Part shown: piece after piece, positions 11,326 through 24,700 of the stretch | Layout: each line of letters starts with the position of its first letter | Numbering within the stretch: the first letter of the stretch is position 1 | Assembly (NCBI GenBank): GCA_049999805.1 | Contig: JBNGIO010005952.1 | Location: forward strand, 1-45,170 | Source: Folioceros fuciformis | Taxonomy: Eukaryota | Direction: 5' to 3' | DNA length: 45,170 nucleotides | Notes under the pieces: model-generated | Told to the model about the DNA's origin: nothing | What the model saw: the letters and a program-made list of their open reading frames with translations, nothing else | The model's database searches: none | Made by a program: the position numbers and the translations under genes

Positions 11326-13133
11326 ATGGCTGTGCAATGTTGGGTGACGGGATGCGTGGTCTTGTTTTTAGTCGTCCAGCTGACAGTGCAGACTAAGTTG
11401 ATGCGACCCGATCTCGGAGCTAAGGACATTTTCACCACAGACGTCTGGAGCTCACCAGGTGCAGCAAGCAGATCTTCCATGGACAAGGGCTCACGAGCTG
11501 AAGGCGACACAGGGTTCGAGTCTCTTCATTTCCAGGCAGCTGGTGTGGGCCACTACCCCTTTGTTCTTCTCAGTGCTTACAGGTCAGTTCGCAGTCAGTC
11601 GGTTGTTTGAAGGGGCCTGGCGTTAGGGTTGGATTCCATTCTCTGATATCAGCTTCCGCGCAGGGAAAATCCAACTACATTCCATGCTATCGGGCTTTCC
11701 TCACGGCTCGTTCGTGATCACGACAAGCTTGTCTTAGGCTGCGAATGGCATCCAGGAAACGGGACAGCACCAGACAGCAATAGGTCGGCACTGCTAGCCG
11801 ATGGAGAGCCACATTATGGCAACACCGAGCCCATGAAGATGCCCTACGTAGAGGTGGTGCTGACATGTGAGTTTTCGCAGGAAGTTGGACTTGATGGGCT
11901 TGGAGGACGTCTTTATGTCACAGTGCAGTCCACGAAACATGTTGATGTAGGCTTGCCTATCTCGACTCTGTCTCTCTTGTATCAGTGACGGAGCAGTTTC
12001 AAATCTCTCCTCAACCGTTTGACGGCGGGTGCCTACTGTGCAGGTAGCGCCCATTGTGGCACTGCAAGAGACTGCGAGCTATGACTTCCAAGCTAATATA
12101 GACAATCCACGTCCTTACAAATATGCCTTCTGTGGTCCTCCCATTTCCGGTAACATACGTCTTCAAGTGATCAAGGAGTGGCTGATCTACCATGTCTACA
12201 TATATGAAGCCCCCAAGGTTCACTTCTTCTTCTACAACGCGGGAGGGCTGACAGGAGAAGGGAGGGACCTTCTGGAGCCGTTTGTCAAGGCTGGCTTGTT
12301 GACAGTCTTGGACGTTTCAGAGCACTCTATGTACCCAGCCTGGTGGACTTCCCAGGTAATCCCTCTGGTAATGTAGCGCTGCAAGTGTAGCATTCTGTCC
12401 TCTGCACCTTGCCTGATGGAAGCATGTCTGCACGGTTGGTAGATTGTGTTCATCAACGACTGCCTGCACAGGACTAGATACCTGACAGATTGGACACTCT
12501 TCCACGACTTTGACGAGTTCATATACATACCGCCCCCCAACAAGTTTTCAGACCTGCTGCAAACTAATGCCAGGGCGCACGTCCTAACTTTTGGAAGCTG
12601 GCCAGTCAACATATCAGTTTGCAGACCACCAGAGACACCAAGGGTGTGGGCCGTTGAGAGAATGCTGAGGAGAGGCCAGCGTCCACATTGCAGGTGACAG
12701 ACTCATCACCGCCACCACTAGCAATCATCTCTCCAAGGTCTGCTCCATGCCTGAGATTGTCATAACCGCAAATCCTCGTCTGTGCAGAACGAAGCATAAA
12801 CCCTACATGTGTCCTGGTGCTGCTGGCCGTCGTAAATACGCCTTGAATCCAAGGAAGGAGGTGTGGGCAGCAGTTCACAAGACGTTAGGGAAGTCATCTC
12901 AGCATGTAGTACACTTCAACGCTTCTGTGATCAGGGTGGAGCACTTCCAAGGGTTACTATCCCAGAGCCGCGAAGTGTGTACAATTAGCAGAAGCCCCAC
13001 AACCACGGAAGCAGTTAATGGAGATGATGATGGCTGGGTAGAGCTAGACCCCCCCATCATTCCATGCATCCGGCAAGCAAGACGGTATGTAGCTGAGCTG
13101 GGAATTCCTGAGCTAAGTGATGAGATGATCTAA
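11326..13133 (+). CDS. Glycosyltransferase family 92 (DUF23; GALS-like), copy 1; 5 exons, ~482 aa
   Basis: Exons 11326-11582, 11664-11946, 12044-12355, 12443-12693, 12788-13133 (1449 nt, in frame). N-terminal TM anchor. GT92 motifs SAYR..TFHAIGLSS, YKYAFCG..EWLIYH..HFFFYNAGG, INDCLHR..W..FHDFDEFI, GRRKY. Confidence 0.88.
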
Positions 13134-13503
13134 CCTATTGGCACGACAACAGAAATCGCCTTACAGGGATCGTGAATCCCTGCAGGGTATCGCTCGTTTA
13201 CCGTTCGCTTACGTCTGCAACATAGTTGTCGTCATCGTGTCAGTCCAAAATCCTAACCGTCCGTATTTAATGGAATATACGACCCACTTCCACATAAACA
13301 ATGTTCTTGTTCTTACGCATGAGAGCCGCTTTTCGCCTCGGTCATGGCGGTCGTCTAGTACGGATGATGACTGAGCTCGCAGTGGCTCCTGCATGAGCTC
13401 GCCGGCAGCTGCCAAGCCAATTTGGACAGTAGGTTGTGTGAATTCGTCAAGCTGACGATGATCAAACGCTGTACTGGAGTTTGCCAATCCGAGCGCTGAG
13501 GGG

Positions 13504-15370
13504 ATGGCCAAGGTTGCACCTGCGCTGTGGAGCTTGATTATATTCGTGGCAGTTCTGCTGGCCATACGTGCGTCCTTGTGGGCTGCTGGAGCGGGAGAGG
13601 TGACAGGCTTGTCGGGCAGTGACTTCTGGAAGTCTGTTACAGGCGTGAATCTGAGTTCGGCCAGGTTAGCTGGTACTGGAAATGTGCGCAGCGCTCCGGC
13701 GGTGTCATCCAATTACAGTGTTGTAGTGCCGCAGCTGAGCAGCACTGTGGATCCAAACACGCTCCTCGTCCACCCAATCGGGCAGGCGCTTTACCCCTTT
13801 GTTCTTGTCAGTGCTTCCAGGTATCAATCGCTCTTCCTTGTTGTAATTTGTGCCTTCTCCTGCAATCTCGTTGACTCACTTGCATTTCCCCACTTGCAGA
13901 GCGTCTACTACAACCTTCCACATCCTCGGTCTCAGCTCAAGAGCGATACAGATCGCGCCGGACAAAGCCGTGTACGAATGCGTATGGCATCCCGGAAATG
14001 GCAGCCACCCACAGCCCTTGATGACGTCCGGTGCAAGATCAAGCTACGGCAACACTGCGTTCGTCAAAATTGCATACAGCATGCTCATCCTGACTTGCGA
14101 ATTTGGTGCGGATGTCGGTGTTGATGGCCTCGGCGGCTCTCTGTACTTGAGCATCACAACGGGGAAGCTTGTTGGAGAGTATGTAAGGCACCTTGGAGAG
14201 TATTACCCTTGCCTGTTCTGGATTCCAACTATGCAGATATCTTTGGCGCTAAGCCGTACGCTAACGACGTGTTTTGGCTGCCGCAGATTCCTCCAGTGCT
14301 GCTTCTGCAAGAGAACACGGGCCACAACGTTAGTGCAGTCATGGAGAAGCCGCCTCCATACAAGTATGCCTTTTGCGGTGCTGCCATATCTGGTCATGTG
14401 CAAGTCGAGGTGATCAAACAATGGCTCATCTACCATCTCTATGTTTTCGAGGGACGCAAGGCTCATTTCTTCTTCTACGACATCGGAGGTCTGGGAAAGG
14501 AAGGAAGAAAGGTGCTGGATCCATTCGTGAAAGCCGGATTTGTCACCGTTTTGTTTGTTGCGGATCAAACGAGGTTTCCGTCGTGGTACCGCGGCCAGGT
14601 ACTACCTCCCTTCCCGTGCAAGCTGAGACGAATTCGCGCCTACACTTGGCTTTCACGCGGGCTCGTAACTGTCCTCGTGTTCACTCTCGTGCCGCGCTTG
14701 TAGGTTTTGCTGATCAACGAATGCCTCCATCGAACTCGGTTTCTCGCAGAGTGGACCGTCTTCCAAGACTTCGACGAGTTCTTGTACGCTGAGCCTCCAC
14801 ACACACTAGGGCAGTTGATCGACGCCAATGCTAACGCCTCGGTGCTGACGTTCGGAAGCTGGCCGATCTCCATGTCCGACTGCCGGGCTCAGGAGACGGA
14901 GAACGAGTGGCCGATACAGCGGATGCTTTGGCGACGGCCCCATCCTGAATGCGGGTCGGTTATTCTGCTCACCTGTTAGTCTTCCTGTTGAACCGTCGCA
15001 GTTGCGACAGTGACGACACGATTATGCTGATGTTTCATGTTCTCTATTTCGCTGCAGGAAAGCGTCGAATGCACGTTCTCCATATCTATGCCTTGCGGCC
15101 GGCGGTCGTCGAAAGTACATGGTGAGACCACGAAGCGAGTTCTACGCCTCCATTCATCAAACCCTGGGCTCGTCCTGGAAGAACGCAGTTCACTTCAACG
15201 CCTCTATAATCAGACTGGAGCACTTCCGGGGATTGCTTGTCAGAAAGACCTGCACAGCGGAGAGGAACAAGTCCACATATTTCCATCCTTCCTGGATACA
15301 GCGAGAATCCAACATTGCTGAAGTCATCAAACGAGCACAGGAGTACGTGTCTCACCTACTCACTCCTTAG
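13504..15370 (+). CDS. Glycosyltransferase family 92 (DUF23; GALS-like), copy 2; 5 exons, ~491 aa
   Basis: Exons 13504-13820, 13900-14182, 14287-14598, 14704-14954, 15058-15370 (1476 nt). Same motifs (YKYAFCG, QWLIYH, INECLHR, FQDFDEFL, GRRKY). Internal exon lengths are identical to copy 1. Confidence 0.88.
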
Positions 15371-16272
15371 ACCATCTCAGATGACATGGATGGCCGGTGA
15401 AATTTCGTTAGTAGGAAACCAGGGAGACAAATCCCTTGTGCGCATCATTCAATTGCCGTTTTGATCTAGAATTTGACTAGATAGATGGCCTCGAAAGGGC
15501 CCGAAGCAGAGGAGACATACCAGCTCGACGTCCCTGAAGGATCTTAGAATAAGGGACCCTATAGGAGGAGGCACCCTATCCTAATAGACATCAGATTGGC
15601 AGTCCACACGAATCTCAGGATAGCGGAGACTCACCAACTGGAGGGCCGCCAAGGGACCTTCGACGGACTGGACAAAACGCACGAACTCATCCCAAGACTG
15701 AGTTCGTACTGCTAATGCTAAGTGAACGATTTCGTATGAATTCAAGGGTTAAGAAGTCATTCCAAACGATCGTTTTTGGGGAACGCTTAATCTGCTAGTG
15801 TGTCGAGACGTCATTAGGAACATCTTTATATGCTTGGTGCCCAAACGTTTTCTTCAAGTCGCGTACCCAGATGAAAACGGTTCGCTTGTCATTGTTTGCC
15901 ACAGTCACCAATCAGCACGGGCCACGCTAGCAAAACTGAGGTCTCAGCCACTCGCCGGGTCACACGTGGCTGAGACCAGGTCTATGCGGGTTCGAACTTC
16001 CGACCATGCGGAATCCATGGTGGTCGGCAACTGCGAGAGGACCGAGATGGAAGGCGTGTAACGCAGGAGCGTAGTCGCGACTCCGGGTGAAAGGAATGAG
16101 CACTGGCACTTCGAGGAGCTGAAGGGCGGAATCGCAGCTGCTTGTCGGTGGAATTCGTTGGGATTGAGCAGCGATGGATCGCTGGCGCGGAGCTCTGCGA
16201 TGAGCCGCCAAGAGCACATGCAGGCTGAGGCTGATCTTGGCAGAGGAGGGAGATCAGAGCTCGCTGCCTGAG

Positions 16273-18012
16273 ATGGAGGGAGTATGGCGAGTTTTGCTGC
16301 TGTCGTTTTGCGTTGCCGGGATCTGGGGCGCTTATGTCACTCAGGGCGTGCTTCAGGAGACCTTGTGAGCGGGCTCTGGGTCGAGTCTGGCGTGGTCGTG
16401 GCTAGGGTTCAGGGGGGCAATTTTGAGCTGGCTTCGGATGGAGGCAATTTTGATCGATCTTGTGCTGGCTGTGCTTTGGCAGGTCAACAAAGCGATTTGG
16501 ACCCGACGGGCGACGGTTTGAGCACCTTCCATTCCTGAATTTCGCTCAAACGGTTGTCTGCTTCGCCTGGTCGTTTCTGAGTAAGATTGTGTTGTAGATC
16601 ATTCTCTTGGTGTGTTTGTGTACGCCTTGAACAGGACATGGTGACGGAAACACTGCGGGATTGTTGTATTGGCTAGCTTCGTCCTCGTCATGGGTGTCGT
16701 GGGGTTGTGTGCATGTTGAGTGCAGTGCTTTCTATCTGGTCGTCTTCGTCTCCATCTCAAGCTCCCATATGGGCGTACTGGAGTCCGAGCATTACGAACT
16801 CCATTGGACCGTCGTGTGGAATTCAGGCTTTAAAATACATCAGCTTCCCTGCACAGGTTGGAACAAGGTTTTGAACTTTGAGCCACTAAACGTAAATGAT
16901 GTTGGCGGAGTAGTGGTTGGTCAGGAGTTAGCTTCTGACTAGAGCTTTCGTGGTCCTCGTAATTCTCAGGTCCTGGCTAAGTCCTCGAAGATGATTCCAG
17001 GTATTCGTTGCAAGGGTTCAAAATTGTTTTCTGAATTTTGAATTCTCATGCCTGATGACTCTTTGACCACTTGTGTTTGTGTAGTTTTTGCTGATGGTAT
17101 TGTTGTGTGTTTTCAGTCATGTTGATGGGGGCTGTGGTGTATGGAGTGCGTTACACCATCCCTGAATATGTGTGCTCCGTCCTTGTCGCCGGCGGTGTTT
17201 CAATGTTTGCCCTCTTTAAGGTTAGTTCTGAAACGGAGGTCGTTTCTAGGTCAATATCGCTATGCGAACCTGATGAGTGCTTTCTTCGACATGCTTACAT
17301 CAACGTAGTTCCTTTGCAGAGCTCCTCTAAGGCAGTCGAGAAGCTGGCTAGCCCGAACATGCCTTTGGGGTACACCCTTTGTTTCATAAATCTTGGAATG
17401 GATGGCTTCACGAATGCCACACAAGACGCCATAACGCAAAGGTACTACACGGTTGGTTTGTCATTCTGGTTCCCGAATTACTTGATCCTTACATCTTCGT
17501 TTTGCGCCTGACTGTGTATCGCGAAAGCCAGCAGTTACAGGGTGTGCTTTCTTTGTGCCCGCAGGTATCCAAAGACGAGTGCCTGGCAGATCATGTTGGG
17601 GATGAATTTCTGGGGGGCCTTGTACATGGGATTGTATCTCTTTGCCTGGAAAGGCGGAGGTGGATTTGCTGCAGTGGACTTCTGTCGTCAACACCCAGAA
17701 GCGGCTTGGGATATTTTAGTCTTCTGCCTGTGTGGAGCTGTCGGGCAGAACTTCATTTTCCTCACCATCAAGCACTTTGGCTCCTTGGCTAACACGACTA
17801 TCACCACCACCCGCAAATTTGTGAGCATCCTTGTTTCTGCAGTCTGGAGGGGCAATCCACTGAGCTCACAGCAGTGGACTGGTGTGCTGATGGTGTTCAC
17901 TGGATTGAGCTACCAACTCTACCTCAAGTGGAGGCGTAAGAAGAGAATCACCTCGAAGCAGAAAACTGCCCCGAAGGCCGAGGAAGTGAGCACGAAGTCC
18001 AAGGCAACTTAG
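16273..18012 (+). CDS. UTR3: UDP-galactose/UDP-glucose transporter, UTr1/UTr3 (SLC35B1, UAA family)
   Basis: Spliced translation MEGVWRVLLLSFCVAGIWGAYVTQGVLQETL-STKRFGPDGRRFEHLPFLNFAQ..ALKYISFPAQ-VLAKSSKMIP-VMLMG..DGFTNATQD..FCLCGAVGQNFIFLTIKHFGSLANTTITTTRKFVSI. C-terminal KxKxx (KSKAT*) ER-retrieval signal. Confidence 0.93.
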
Positions 18013-18278
18013 TAGTCTAGCAGAATTGTAGGGATTGGGTAGACAATTTTGAAGCCATCATTCATTCCCACCGCCATGGTGGGTCCTAGTGCTCACTGGT
18101 GAAATCCACCGAAGCACAAAAACCTGGCTCGTCTGTCCCGATCGTTTCCACCGCTTACAAATGATTATCGACAAAGAACGGTTTGAAACTTCAGAGACGC
18201 ATGACGGGTGTGTGGCACGCAAGCGAGAATGTGGTAGCTTCTAGCAATACCAGATGTAGTGAAAAAAACTACCGCTAT

Positions 18279-19259
18279 TCATGCGTCTGTCCGGACCCCA
18301 TTACTGCCCACAGCATGCAAGGATGCGCCTTTGCTGGAGGCGAAATCGGCCCTGCAAGTGGAGCAGACCTGCTGGGACTTACAGAAGATGGAAAGGCACA
18401 CCGAGCAGACATAGCCCGTGTCTATGATCTTCTTGTGGCAAAAACAAGAGGCCCTAAAATCCACCCCGGCCGACGAGGGCAGCAGCAGAAACTGCCGAGA
18501 CCCCAGATCGGTGGTGAAGAGCATCATGAGATACTGCACCAGCCCCTCGCACTGCAGGGACTTGAGGTAAACCCCACCCGTGATGTGAGCCGCCTGCTGC
18601 AGAAACGCCGAGTGCTGGCTCCCCACTATGCACGCATCTACGGGCACGTCGTAGCGCTGGGCAGAGAAGATGGCGTTCATGACAGCCACGTACTGCTGAG
18701 GCGCGTCCGAGGAGCTCTGCACGCACAGAATTCTGGGCTGCAGCTGCGGAGAGGACCCCGACCCGTTGGCCCTCTTGCGGATGTAGCACAAAGCCATGGA
18801 CAGAGCTCCCGACAGGAGCGTCCCCCGGTTGCCCTCCTCCCCCTGCCGACTCCAGGCCGCCTCCTCCTCGCCTACGAACTCCTCCAGCCGATGCAGCACC
18901 GGCGCGCTCTGCGGCTGCTGCCCCTGCGCATTGCTGGAGCTCACCCCCGTCAGCCTAACGCTCCCGGCCGCGCAACCCACGCGCGCGGAAGAATCGAACA
19001 GAATTTTCCACGTGCTGGAGCCCGTGGCTACCAGCACCACCTCGTTCAGATGGTGCAGAAGCAGAATGGAGTTCACGAACACCAACACATCCTGGAGAAC
19101 GCGATGGAACGGCGGAGCAGATGCCGCCCAGGCCACCGTTGCTCCGCCACTAGACGCAGCCGGCATGCCCCAGACGTGAGGATTGGTCTCCAAAATGACA
19201 ACCACCCGGCTCGCATTGTCTGCTGAGTGCCGCGCTGCTGTTCCTGTCAGACCTCCCAT
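18279..19259 (-). CDS. TFB4: General transcription/DNA repair factor IIH subunit TFB4 (p34, GTF2H3), single exon
   Basis: Uninterrupted ORF with the vWA-like Tfb4 core (VVILETNP, LLSGALSMALCYI, QYVAVMNAIFSAQ, FLQQAAHITGGVY) and C-terminal Zn finger VDFRASCFCH..GYVCSVCLSIFC..CSTC. First in-frame ATG is at 19259. Confidence 0.95.
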   Translation of the reverse strand: MGGLTGTAARHSADNASRVVVILETNPHVWGMPAASSGGATVAWAASAPPFHRVLQDVLVFVNSILLLHHLNEVVLVATGSSTWKILFDSSARVGCAAGSVRLTGVSSSNAQGQQPQSAPVLHRLEEFVGEEEAAWSRQGEEGNRGTLLSGALSMALCYIRKRANGSGSSPQLQPRILCVQSSSDAPQQYVAVMNAIFSAQRYDVPVDACIVGSQHSAFLQQAAHITGGVYLKSLQCEGLVQYLMMLFTTDLGSRQFLLLPSSAGVDFRASCFCHKKIIDTGYVCSVCLSIFCKSQQVCSTCRADFASSKGASLHAVGSNGVRTDA

Positions 19260-21725
19260 TTCGTCCACGCACCGGCTCGGAAGCAGCTCGCCTGCTCACA
19301 AGATTCTCGCCCCGCTCCTCTCCATAGTTCGAGAAGATCGGCGGGGCTCGCTCGTCCGCTTTCGAAATCGACTTCTCCTCTTCCAAAATTGTGGTGTTCG
19401 AATTTTGTGCTCGGGTTTATCCGAATTTAGGCATAATTTTGTACGTATAGACCTATCGATCCCCAGCCCTGAAGGAGGGTCCGTTGTGGAATTACCTTCC
19501 ATTGGGATTCCATTTCATACACGAATTCATATAATGATCATATATTCTATTGATATTATTTCTTTAAAATAATAAGAGATGCCATCTACTCAGAAATAGA
19601 AAGAAAAACTCGAAGAGAGCCAAAGGTGAAAAGAGTACTAGCAACAAACTAAGATCACTCCCATAACTACTTACCACTCACTTTGATATCATGATGTGAA
19701 ATAACAAAGGGCTTACTCAACACCCATGCTAATGAAGCTTGCCAAACCCACACTTGTTGTTGTCCTATATACCGCATGGGCAAGGACTTTTGAAGGCTCA
19801 TTAAGGAGTGTACAAAGGTGTATAAGGTTTTTTTTGCAAAGAAAGGAATTAAGATAAACTCAACCCTAGGCTGTTTTAGGAATACAATGGCAATAGCATG
19901 AATCCGCATAAGCGGTCACACCTCAAGCAGTTACTTAGATTGGGGGATGAGTAAACTTGTCACCCCAACCTCTAGCTATACTTGACTACTTGTGAAGGAT
20001 CTGATGACTAGGAACTTCTTGCTGAGGTGTGTGTTGGAGTGATTTTTTGTTTTTTTTGCCAAGTTTGGTGTGAAATCGAATTAGGTTGTGAGTAGGCCGA
20101 GGTATTTATACTTAAGATTTCCTTAGCCTATGAGTTTTTAGTTTTGGGCTTGGTCTGACCAATAACTGGTCCTTAGACCAAAGGGGCTGATTGTTCCTTG
20201 GCCTTTGAACAATTCGCAAAAGCCTAATATAAGGGGGGAACCCCATAGACATAGAGTCATTTTGTGATTAAGGTCGAACTGGGAGTAGGGTGTCATCATC
20301 TGTGTGTGGACTTAGTATAAGAAGGGATGTCGTGTTAGGGCAATGTTGAGATGAGTCGAGTCCTAAGCTTGGCCAGCACCCACTTGAAGCTTAGGGTTCC
20401 GTCTTGCACATTCAGCATTTGTACCTGTATCCTAGTGTTATTTCCCACTACTCTGCATGTCACAAATTGCAGCACAATCTACTGCAAGTGAGGGCAATCC
20501 ATGTCCAGAAAAATGAAGATTTTGATTCGAAGAGATTGCAGCAAAGACTTGCAACAATCTGGGTTTGAAAGGAGCTGTGTGACACACACAGCTTGGTGAG
20601 TCAGTAAGTTACGCCATGAACTGCAACATTGGAATCAAAGGCACTGAAAACGTTCTTCATCCTAGCTCCCAATTCCAGAGAACCCAAAAATAGGGTTTGA
20701 TATGCCTTCCCCAAGTTATAGTGCTACGCGGCGCAACTTCAACAACTACCGACTTCTGCCCAGGCTACCCCTTTTGCCTAGCACCAGCCATCTTCATGAT
20801 CCAGCATCCAGCTGAGTTGGCTTCACGCTCTTGCATCAGCGCTGCTCCTTCCATGATGCCTTGCTACTGTACTCTAAGTTCTGTTGTTTTCCTGCGTTGG
20901 CTAGCAGGGTTACACCAACAACAAGTTAGGAAATACCCAACATGTGTTCCGACTCAACTTGCCTATAAACATCTAGCTATTTCTAAGCTAGTTTGCAAAA
21001 TATCTAGCTAAGCTAGGTTCATTTATCCTAGCATTGGTTTACTTGAGACATATATTTGCTATTCTATTCTAAACAACATCAGATGAGGGTTTCTTACCTA
21101 ATCAGCGATCACCTTCATGACAGGGGGGTAGTCGAAGCCCGACGACGGTCATGGAATGAGGAAAGCGGTCGCAGAAGGAGCAACCAGTAGTGGGGGCCGG
21201 TAGTGGTCGTGGAAATAGGAACAACTTCCGGAAGATGGAAACCCTAAGAGGAAGTCCAAGTATTCGGAGGGCACTTTCGAAGTCGAGTGCAACCACGATT
21301 AAAGCAATGTCGGGGAGCGGACTGTGGGTGGGGGCACCAAACCCAGCCCGCAGGCGTGTAAGCTGGGCTGTGGGCGTCGCCTGCCGCGCTAGGCGCGTAT
21401 GGCCACGAGGGCACTGTCGGGGCATTGGGCGTGGATGCCGCGGCACCGGACTGCGGCCAGGCCACAGGACGCCGCCGGATGCGGGCGTTGCAGATGCCGG
21501 GCACCAGATTGCGGGTGCCGGAGCGCCAACGCCGCGAGCGAGGGAGCGGGCGCCGAATCGATCTCGGCCTAGAGGCATCAGGATCTCAATCGGATGACGA
21601 GACACTGGTCGGTCTACAAATTGTGGATAGCTGATTCGGAACAAGGTGTGAGGGTAACTATAAACATCTACATTACATTCCGACAGTTTCTAACTAGCCT
21701 TTAGTTTGATTTGCATCAATTTTGA

Positions 21726-24700
21726 ATGATGACGTCCTTAGAAAACGTCATGTTCAATATCGAGAAGTTAGATGGTACTAACTTCCCGTTCTGGAAAGAA
21801 CAAATGTATAATGTTCTAGTGCAGAAGAAGCAGATCAAGCCCATAAAGTTGCTAGGAGTGAAACCTATTAGCATGACTTAGGATGAGTGGTAGGATCTAG
21901 ATGAGCTTGCTAGATCTACGATCATGCTAACATTGTCGAAGTCGGTCTACTTCAATGTGAAAGACAAGACCACAAGTTTCGAGCTATGCCAGAAGTTGTG
22001 TGACTTGTATGAGAAGCAAAATGCAGCTTCCCAGGTGTACTGGTTGAAACAGCTGGTGGACTTGAAGATGAAGGAAGTGACGAGGATGTCCGATCATCTA
22101 AATGAGTTCAATATCATTTTCAGCCAGCTCTCATCTGAAGGTATCTCGTTCCCAGATTCCGTGAGAGCTATGTTTATGTTGGTCACATTACCAGAGAGTT
22201 GGGACACCTTTCGTACAGCTCTGAGTAATTTCGCTCCTGCCAGTGGTCTCACCATTGTAAATGTAGAAGGTAGCCTGTTAACAGAAGAGGTGAACAGGAA
22301 GAATATGGAACCTTCGAAAGGTTCCAATGCCCTCATGGTGAGAGGAAGGTCCACTTCAAAGGGGAAGTACAAGGAGCGAAGCCATTACCATTGTCACAAA
22401 AAGGGTCACATCAGAAGGGACTGTGAGAAGTTCAAGAAGGACAAAGGAAAGGAGAAGACGTAGAACGACAACAAGGCAAGTTTGAGTATCAAGTCTGACG
22501 AGGTGAATTCTATTGATGATGGAGATGTTCTTACCTCTTCTTCCTTAGATTTTGCACAATTGACAACCGTGGATAGTCACTTATTCTCTAATCGGATAAT
22601 TGACTTTGGAGCATCTTTCCATGTTACTCCGCATAGGAGTGGTTTAGCACCTATGCTGCTACTAGGAAAGGATGTGTTCGGCTTGGAAATAACTACGCAT
22701 GCGAGATTGCAGGCGTTGGTGATGTGTAGCTAAGGTTTGACAACGGATCTTCATTCATACTGAAGGATGTTAGGCATGTTCCGAAGTTGACAAAAAGCAT
22801 GATTAGTGCAGGGCAGTTGGATGATGCTGGCTACCACTGTTGGTTTGGGGATAATTCTTGGAAGATCTCCAAAGGTTCTCTTGTGTTAGCTCGTGGATCG
22901 AAGTGTGGCACTTTGTACTCACTTCAAGTAACCACTGTCAAGGATCATGTGATTTGTGTAACGGAACAGTCTAGTGTTTCCTTGTGGCATAGTCGGTTAG
23001 GACATATGTCTCAAAAAGGAATGAAGATCTTATCTTGTTCTGGTTACGTCCCTGCCTTTGACTTCTCCGTATGTGAGCACTGTTTGTATGGGAAACAGAC
23101 GAAGTCACTGCATGGAGCAAGAGGTAAACACAAAAGTAAACCTCTTGAGTTGGTTCACAATGACGCTTGTGGACCTATGCCCACTATATCATTAGGCGGT
23201 GCATCCCATTTTGTCACTTTCAATGCAAGGTGTGGGTTTATCCTTTGAGGAAAAAGGATGATGTTCTAACAGTGTTTCAGAAATTCATCACCCTTGTGGA
23301 GAATCAGCCTGGCCTTCGACTAAAGTGTCTAAGAATAGACAATGGTGGAGAGTACGTATCGAAGGCTTTCCAGTCATTCTGTGATTCCAAGGGAATTAAG
23401 AGAGAATTGACTCCCCTGTATACTCCTCCCCAGAATGGTGTGGCTGAATGGATGAATAGGACCATCCAGGAGAGGATGCGTAGTTTGTTGTCAAACTTTG
23501 GATTGCCTAACGGATTTTGGGCAGAAGCAGTGGCTACTGCAGTGCATCTTATTAACAAATCTCCTAATAAGGCTGTGGATGAGCAGGTTCCAGAGGAGCT
23601 GTGGTCTGGAAAAAAGCCGTCTTACAAGCATCTACGAGTGTTTGGTTACGAGGCATACTACCATAACCCGAAGGAGTTTCAGGACAAGTTGGCTCCCAAG
23701 TCAAGAAAATGTATTTTTCTTGGCTATGGTGAATCTAGTGAGATGGGATACCGTTTATGGGATCCAGAATCCAAGAAGGTTCTTCGTAGCAATGAAGTGT
23801 TCTTCAATGAGACCAAGATGCACAAGAAGCCTACTCCAACAGTAGAGGTGCGATGGGTGGTCTTCCAAGAAGATGGACTTGACAGTCAGGGGCAGGTTGA
23901 ACATCGTGATATGTAGGAACCCGCTCCTCCACTTGTAGAAGTAGAGAGAGTGCAACCAACTCTGGTCGAGGCGCCTGTGCTTCGTAGGTCAGGAAGGATT
24001 TCACGTCCTCTTGATAAGTATGTTGCATCTCTTGATTATGTCATGCTAACGGATTGTGGGGAGCCCTCTTGTTATCAAGAGGCCATGTTAGTGATTGACA
24101 AGAACAAGTGGGAGAAGGCAATGCAATCGTCGATGGATTTGCTCCATAAGAGCCAAACTTGGGAGTTGGTTCGGTTGCCTAGGGGTAAGAAGGCATTGCC
24201 ATGCAAATGGGTGTATAAGATGAAGGTCATACCCCATTATGGCAAACCCAAGTACAAGGCACGATTGGTTGCTAAGGGTTTTAAGCAACAGCAAGGTATT
24301 GACTTTGATGAGATTTTCTCACCAGTTGTCAAAATGACCACTTTGCGATGTGTTCGTGCTTTGGTTGCGAGGAATGACATGGAACTTATTGAGATGGATG
24401 TGAAGTCGGCACTTCTGCATGGTGATCTCCAGGAAGAGGTATACATGCAGCAACCAGAGGGTTTCATTAAGAAGGGCAGAGAGAATTTGGTGTGCAGGTT
24501 AAAGAAGAGTCTTTATGGTTTGAAACAGCCACCCAGAGAGTGGTATTACAAGTTCCACTCATTTATGCTTTCTCAAGGCTACAAACGTAGTGATGAGGAT
24601 CATTGCCTCTATACGACGCAAGCTAAGGATGGAAGCTTGCTCATTTTGGTCCTCTATGTGGATGATATGCTAATTGTTGGGAATAGCAATGATGAGATTT

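Noticed and set aside
18183-19226. 347-aa plus-strand ORF overlapping TFB4
   Set aside because: Antisense shadow caused by codon bias, with a TTG start and no domain.
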